Positions 57,896 to 64,000 of a stretch of 64,000 nt of DNA are shown here, one piece after another. Origin of the DNA: Macrostomum lignano (Eukaryota); NCBI GenBank assembly GCA_002269645.1, contig NIVC01000922.1, positions 248,001 to 312,000 on the forward strand, given 5' to 3'. A model generated the notes under the pieces. That model saw only the letters and a list, made by a program, of their open reading frames with translations, was not told the DNA's origin and made no database searches. The position numbers were made by a program, and so were the translations under genes. Position 1 is the stretch's first letter. Each line of letters opens with the position of its first letter.

Positions 57896-58136
57896 ATAAT
57901 TATAATCATTGATTACACCTGCCCTGCCCTCTGAAGGCTGCCCCGGTTCTTGGCGAAGTCGCCACACACCCTCAATTGCCCCAGCTGATGCTGGCACCTG
58001 CATTTTACAGCCGGGTGGACTGAAGCAATGCAGAGTTAAGTGCCTTGCTCAAGGATACAAATTGTTCCCAGTGTGTCGAGAATCGATCCCTCGACCTTCA
58101 AGTCACGAGTCCGACGCTCTAACCACTGCAAGCCCC
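57896..58136 (-). mobile_element. tRNA-derived CORE-type SINE, second copy
   Basis: A box GTGGTTAGAGCG, B-box-like GGATCGATTC, TCCTTGAGCAAGGCACTTAAC...GGCTGTAAAATG; shares 3-prime GCAGCCTTCAGA and GGGC.GGTGTA.T with the copy at 42780. Confidence 0.75.
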
Positions 58137-59869
58137 TAAATTTCATCTGACCCTCAGCGCGCATACGGACACAGATAAAGTACGCAGGTGCACTCCTCAT
58201 AGGTGAGAAATGCACCCGCTGACTTTAGCGCAAGAGTCGTTGAACTTCTCTGCAGCTAACTATTTGCCCTGGATTGCATTGAGCACAAGCGCTCAGTCTC
58301 GCTCGCAGACAGGCCCACTTAGAGCATTTTAGAGCAAGTGACTCTTGATTCCAGTTAATTTGATCAATAGCGCATATCAAATACGTTCTATTGTTTTGGT
58401 CTCACCTGCAGCTTACTAATAATAATCCAGAGTCGCTTTCTTCTCCCGTCAATTCGTGATCCTGAATCTGAATTTACACCCGAATGCACACGAGGGGACA
58501 GAAAGTGAGATACTCGTACTCAAAAAGAATATTTCTTCTTTGAAAACAATTTCGTTTGGAGACAGCGTAGGACAATGGACGCCATGAAGCAGTGCTAGGG
58601 GGTCTAAACGCATTCCCGAGACAGGAGATGGAGAAGGGGGTGAGTAGCTGCTCAAGGCTTGTTGGGGGAGAGATTTCTGCTTTTAGGCATCGCTTGGATA
58701 AATCGGAACAATAGTGTGTTTTAGGCGAATTCCTATTGCAATACAAGGCAGAAGCAGAGGCTCCTACAAGGCTCTGCTGCGGCTGAAGGTGGTAAAAGGA
58801 TTATAGCCCAGTAATTTCTCCTTCAGTATAAATTCTCTGATCCCAAATTTCCCACCTTTCAAACGTCTGTTAAGTGCTGTCGGTTTTTTTTCGGGCACCG
58901 AATCGGGCGAACTGGTCAGTCGCGATGCTCTTCGGCCGGCCCGGCAGTGAATTATTGGAAGCCGGGTGTCTGGGAGAGGAAGACTCTGCCTCTGTTTATC
59001 CCTGCCACAGACCCTGACTGATTGCTGGCGGGGCGCGGTTGGAAATTGAGTGACATTTGCAAGAGATGGCGCTGTTGGAATTGTTACACTATCTCCATAG
59101 GCCCCCCCCCCACCCCTTAGTTCACTTACCTAACTGATTTGCTTCAAACAAAAGCAGCTGAAAAAGCCGACCATAGTGCAGTGCTATCGGTGTTTATAAT
59201 AGCAGGCTTTCAGTTCTACTCTGCAGAGATATCCAGTTGATAGATGATACCCGGGGACCAGCAGCTGATTTCAGAGGGTCAGACGCAGATTTGTGGGATT
59301 GAATGGAATGATAGAAAATGCAATATACAAATTACTTGACTGTGTGGTTTCTGTGGCTCCGGCGCGTTGGTAGAAGCAACAAACAGGCAGGGCACTTGAT
59401 GCCGGACCCGTAGGCCCAGAATCAAAACTGAACCAAGGCTTAGGGGCTAAACAGGAAAGTTCTCTCCTCAGCCTTGGGTTTCATCACCAGATTGGTCGAT
59501 AATAGGCGGAGCGAAAGCGCCGCATCCGGGATCAGGTGATGAATGCCTCTAGGGACATCCGATCGCTGCCATGGCGCATCGCATGAGGTGGCCGGAGCGA
59601 CCATGTGTGATTTTGTTAGCAGCACATTTGAATTCTATCCTGAGCACGGACACAACGAAACTTTCTAAAGTACTTTCATTTTTGTGAGAATGGGCAAATA
59701 AACATGGACCACAGGGGGCTGTTAGAGGACGCATTCTCACGATTATTATGCAGATTTAATGAACCAGCTTTGCTTCTCGAATACAATCGCGAGATAGAAA
59801 TCTACTAGGCGCTTATGCAGCGAGTATGCTAGCATGCTGTAATACTTGAGTGAGTTTATTATTATTTTA

Positions 59870-60187
59870 GGGGCGCCATTTCATTTGAGTGGGGGTGCCA
59901 TTTCATTTGAGTGGGGCGCCATTTCATTTGAGTGGGGCGCCATTTCATTTGAGTGGGGCCCCATTTCATTTGAGTGGGGCGCCAGTTCATTTGAGTGGGA
60001 TGCCATTTCATTTGAGTGGGGCGCCATTTTATTTGAGTGGGGTGCCATTTCATTTGAGTGGGGCGTCATTTCATTTGAGTGGGGTGCCATTTCATTTGAG
60101 TGGGGCGCCATTTCATTTGAGTTAGGCGCCATTTCATTTGAGTGGGGCGCCATTTCATTTGAGTGGGGTGCCATTTCATTTGAGTGG
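59870..60187. repeat. 21-bp minisatellite GGGCGCCATTTCATTTGAGTG
   Basis: About 15 units; a TIR-like end follows at 60243-60256. Confidence 0.93.
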
Positions 60188-62431
60188 GCTCTACCGCCAA
60201 AGTGCTCCAGTGCGAGTGCAAGAGGGCGCCACACATCGGATGTGGCGAGGCCCCTGCCTAACGTTCCGAGTGGCCATTTGATCCATCCCAAGCGATTTTA
60301 CTTTCTCCTGTAGTCCTTGGCCCTGGGCTCTGCGATTCCGGTTAGAACAGGAATTGTTAAGGTTAATAGCATCTGGATCGGAAAGAGTGATTAAGGATAT
60401 ATAAAGATGAGAGCATTATTTGATTTAAAATTAGCATATAAAGTGGCTTATGAAATGCAATTTCTTTCAATAGTAAAGGCTGTTTTGTCAGCTTGCTCAT
60501 TTTCGGTCTCAAATTTCGATTAGCAACTGTTCCGCTTACGGAAGCAGAGACAGGAGCGGAAGCAGAAGATAAGTCAGTAAAGGGTCGAGGCTTAATTAAT
60601 CATCAATCTTGAGTAAACAGAACGGAAAAGACATCAAGGATCTATTCTTATTTGATCTTGTTTGTGCGTACCTCCTCTACTTTTATAAGTGCTATTCTTC
60701 AGCAATGTACTGCTTTGTACGAGGCTCGTACAGTATAGTTATAAGCTTAAATCTTTAAAACGTGAATACACTATTTGCCATTAATATACACCACAAAGAT
60801 TTGCAGCTTCGGCTTAACTTTCTAAACTGCGAAAAGTCGATTTGGCAGGTGGAAAAAGGTTGCATTTTTCCGCCTAAAATTTTCCCTGCCTTAGCAGTCA
60901 ATTCGATTTTCCCACCTGGATCCACGCTGAAAAAAAAGGTTTTTGTCACTTTCTGCCTGCAAGCCTCTCTGACTGACCTTTGACTAACCACCGCGGGTAC
61001 CCACGAGATTTAACCTATCCACCGTCGCACCTTGAAGCTATTTGTGAATTGTGCGATTTTCTTTAGTTTTTTGCCGTCACTACTAAGCTGTTTAAAGCTG
61101 TCGTCGTTTGTAAATGACGGACGTGAGGCGAATAATTGTATATTGTATGTAAACTGATACGCTCATTTTTTTAATATTTTGGATTAAGTATTGGCTCTTA
61201 CAGCGACATGACTTTAAGCAGTTGAAAGCTGGTTGTCTTTGATTTTAATTTTTCGAGGCTTTCTACGTGTGTCGCCGTGTTTAATTTGGTTTTCGACTAG
61301 ACAACATTCCGGAACCAGCAACCAATGTGACCAAAGTCTATGGCAAATAACTATTTTTACATTACACAAGATAATGTCGAAGTGCATCTTTTGTACTTTT
61401 TTACGCTCGTACTTATTTCGAACATTATTTGTTATTTGCCGTCTGATATTTTTACTAGCATCGGTGAACGTCGGCGTAAAGTAAAAGTAGTTTTTTGCCA
61501 TCGACAGCGCAGGATGTAGAAAGCGTCTGTTGACTTCGTGGGATTGTTGTACGGGGGCTCTCTACGAGTGTATTACTCATTATGGAGCATTATGGGGCTC
61601 TCTACGCTAAGAGTGCAGGTGGACTTGCGATTGTGAATCCGTAGCTTTAGTCCCTAACATACTTCTTATATAGCTGAAATCAAATTTTATCGAGACAACC
61701 ATGACATTCGGATTTTGTGGGATTTGTTTCGCTTTCAAAGCATCGCATACAACTTGTCATGACAAGTCATGCTGTCTTAAAATCTGTCTATCTTTGCAGT
61801 AAAAATTGTCGCAAAACAGGAAGATATTTGGGAGTTGAAAAAATATTGTTTTTTGTTGCCATAATGGAATCAATACGATCCAGTCATAAAAGCATAAAAA
61901 CAAGATGCTAGGCGTAGGAGATGCAGCCACATGAAATGTTCGCTCCGCACGCGCTGTATTTTGACAGGAATACTCGTATCTAGCTACCATCATTTTTAAT
62001 GTTTCTGTAGTCATTCTATATTATTTCCAGACTTTATGTTACGTAGCAATAAGCATAGCTAAAACTTAAGCCCTTTCTGGGGAACCGGCTCCGACTTTTT
62101 TCGCTTCGGCTGCGGAAACTTACGAGCTACGAGCTACCATGACCTCCGCGGTGCTCCAGAAGTGGGGAGTCCAAAGAAAATCTTCTTTCCAAAAAGGCAA
62201 TATCTAGGTTTACCTGTTGGCAGCATATAACGCTTTCGAGTTATAGTTTTGCGCAGTCAGTCATGACAAGTGTGCGTTTCTTTTCTAGAATAGAACGGGG
62301 AATTCAATATAAACAACTGGCTTGTTTCAAAATAACCGTTTCTTTTTCCAAGCGCAGCGAGTCACTTGCAAGGCTCCGATTGGGATCTTGGGATTCCTCA
62401 GTCAATGGGATTTGTATATCGTATATCGTTA

Positions 62432-63692
62432 TCTTCCATTGCATTCTTCAGCTGGATTGCAGCCAACATTCCACTCTTCCATTGCATTCTTCAGCTGGAT
62501 TGCAGCCAACATTCCACTCTTCCATTGCATTCTTCAGCTGGATTGCAGCCAACATTCCACTCTTCCATTGCACTCTTCAGCTGGATTGCAGCCAACATTC
62601 CACTCTTCCATTGCATTCTTCAGCTGGATTGCAGCCAACATTCCACTCTTCCATTGCATTCTTCAGCTGGATTGCAGCCAACATTCGTCTTCCATTGCAT
62701 TCTTCAGCTGGATTGCAGCCAACATTCCACTCTTCCATTGCATTCTTCAGCTGGATTGCAGCCAACATTCCACTCTTCCATTGCATTCTTCAGCTGGATT
62801 GCAGCCAACATTCCACTCTTCCATTGCACTCTTCAGCTGGATTGCAGCCAACATTCCACTCTTCCATTGCATTCTTCAGCTGGATTGCAGCCAACATTCC
62901 ACTCTTCCATTGCATTATTCAGCTGGATTGCAGCCAACATTCGTCTTCCATTGCATTCTTCAGCTGGATTGCAGCCAACACTCGTCTTCCATTGCATTCT
63001 TCAGCTGGATTGCAGCCAACATTCCACTCTTCCATTGCATTCTTCAGCTGGAGTGCAGCCAACATTCCACTCTTCCATTGCATTCTTCAGCTGGATTGCA
63101 GCCAACATTCCACTCTTCCATTGCATTCTTCAGCTGGATTGCAGCCAACATTCCACTCTTCCATTGCATTCTTCAGCTGGATTGCAGCCAACATTCCACT
63201 CTTCCATTGCATTCTTCAGCTGGAGTGCAGCCAACATTCCACTCTTCCATTGCATTCTTCAGCTGGATTGCAACCAACATTCCACTCTTCCATTGCATTC
63301 TTCAGCTGGATTGCAACCAACATTCCACTCTTCCATTGCATTCTTCAGCTGGATTGCAACCAACATTCCACTCTTCCATTGCATTCTTCAGCTGGATTGC
63401 AACCAACATTCCACTCTTCCATTGGATTCTTCAGCTGGATTGCAACCAACATTCCACTCTTCCATTGGATTCTTCAGCTGGATTGCAGCCAACATTCCAC
63501 TCTTCCATTGCATTATTCAGCTGGATTGCAACCAACATTCCACTCTTCCATTGGATTCTTCAGCTGGATTGCAACCAACATTCCACTCTTCCATTGGATT
63601 CTTCAGCTAGATTGCAGCCAACATTCCACTCTTCCATTGCATTATTCAGCTGGATTGCAGCCAACACTCCACTCTTCCATTGCATTCTTCAG
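62432..63692. repeat. 43-bp minisatellite TCTTCCATTGCATTCTTCAGCTGGATTGCAGCCAACATTCCAC
   Basis: About 29 units just upstream of the GPCR acceptor at 63733. Confidence 0.97.
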
Positions 63693-63793
63693 ATGATTGT
63701 AACCAATTTGCGAATACTTTCTATTTTCTACAGGTGACTCAAATTTTTACTTATTAGCTCCCACTCCGGACGATAAACGTTTGCAGAATCAGC

Positions 63794-64000
63794 ATGAGCT
63801 ACAACAACACTACATCAAGTGGCGCACCGACTGGAGTCCATAGCTTCGGGACGGCCAGTCGAGCTTTCATTTGGGCGGCCTTCTTTGCCATTATGTGCAT
63901 CTCAATTGTCGGCAATTCATTAGTCATCTGGGTCATTGTGGCCCACACAAAGATGCGAATAATTACTAACTTTTTCTTGCTCAACTTGAGCATCTCGGAT
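63794..64000 (+). CDS. Class A neuropeptide GPCR, tachykinin/natalisin-receptor-like, N-terminal fragment
   Basis: MSYNNTTSSGAPTGVHSFGTASRAFIWAAFFAIMCISIVGNSLVIWVIVAHTKMRIITNFFLLNLSISD: N-glycosylation sequons, TM1 GN, and a WxIxAHxxMRxxTNxFLxNL pattern as in TACR. Acceptor ttttctacag at 63733. Runs off the window. Confidence 0.85.
   Translation, partial: MSYNNTTSSGAPTGVHSFGTASRAFIWAAFFAIMCISIVGNSLVIWVIVAHTKMRIITNFFLLNLSISD

Noticed and set aside
52000-59740. Short ORFs in unique-looking DNA (52262-52559, 55581-55916, 58474-58746, 59440-59625)
   Set aside because: No recognisable motifs or consistent splice chain; may be decayed TE or gene fragments but cannot be supported without a search.
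62432-63692. Hammerhead-like ATCCAGCTGAAGA on the minus strand of the 43-bp unit (and CTGAGGA in the 26-bp unit at 21655)
   Set aside because: No downstream GAAA core or stems II/III could be built.

Overview
Eukaryotic (metazoan), intron-rich DNA with about 35-40 different micro- and minisatellite arrays. The style fits a free-living flatworm such as Macrostomum, but this is inference only. Five protein-coding loci were reconstructed by hand. (1) A divergent TRPV-like channel on the minus strand, running off the left edge; it is absent from the ORF track. (2) A complete 13-exon cGMP-dependent protein kinase (PRKG1/egl-4/foraging type) on the plus strand. It has separate I-alpha-like and I-beta-like first coding exons, two further in-frame upstream mini-exons and a candidate internal start. 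(3) A ~1150-aa ETS-domain factor with an atypical recognition helix. (4) An unrecognised two-exon minus-strand ORF with poly-Arg and poly-Gln tracts. (5) The start of a tachykinin-receptor-like GPCR at the right edge. Mobile DNA comprises a hAT-type MITE with TIRs, a perfect 8-bp TSD and a minisatellite as cargo, two inverted hAT-like fragments bracketing PKG exons 6-9, and two tRNA/CORE-type SINEs. The most interesting signals are the multi-N-terminus PKG, the inverted repeats positioned for a 375-nt stop-free circular RNA, several intronic arrays whose unit carries a CAG|GT proto-splice site, and the orphan gene. Most long ORFs in the supplied track are repeat artefacts. All gene models were derived by eye and need RNA evidence.
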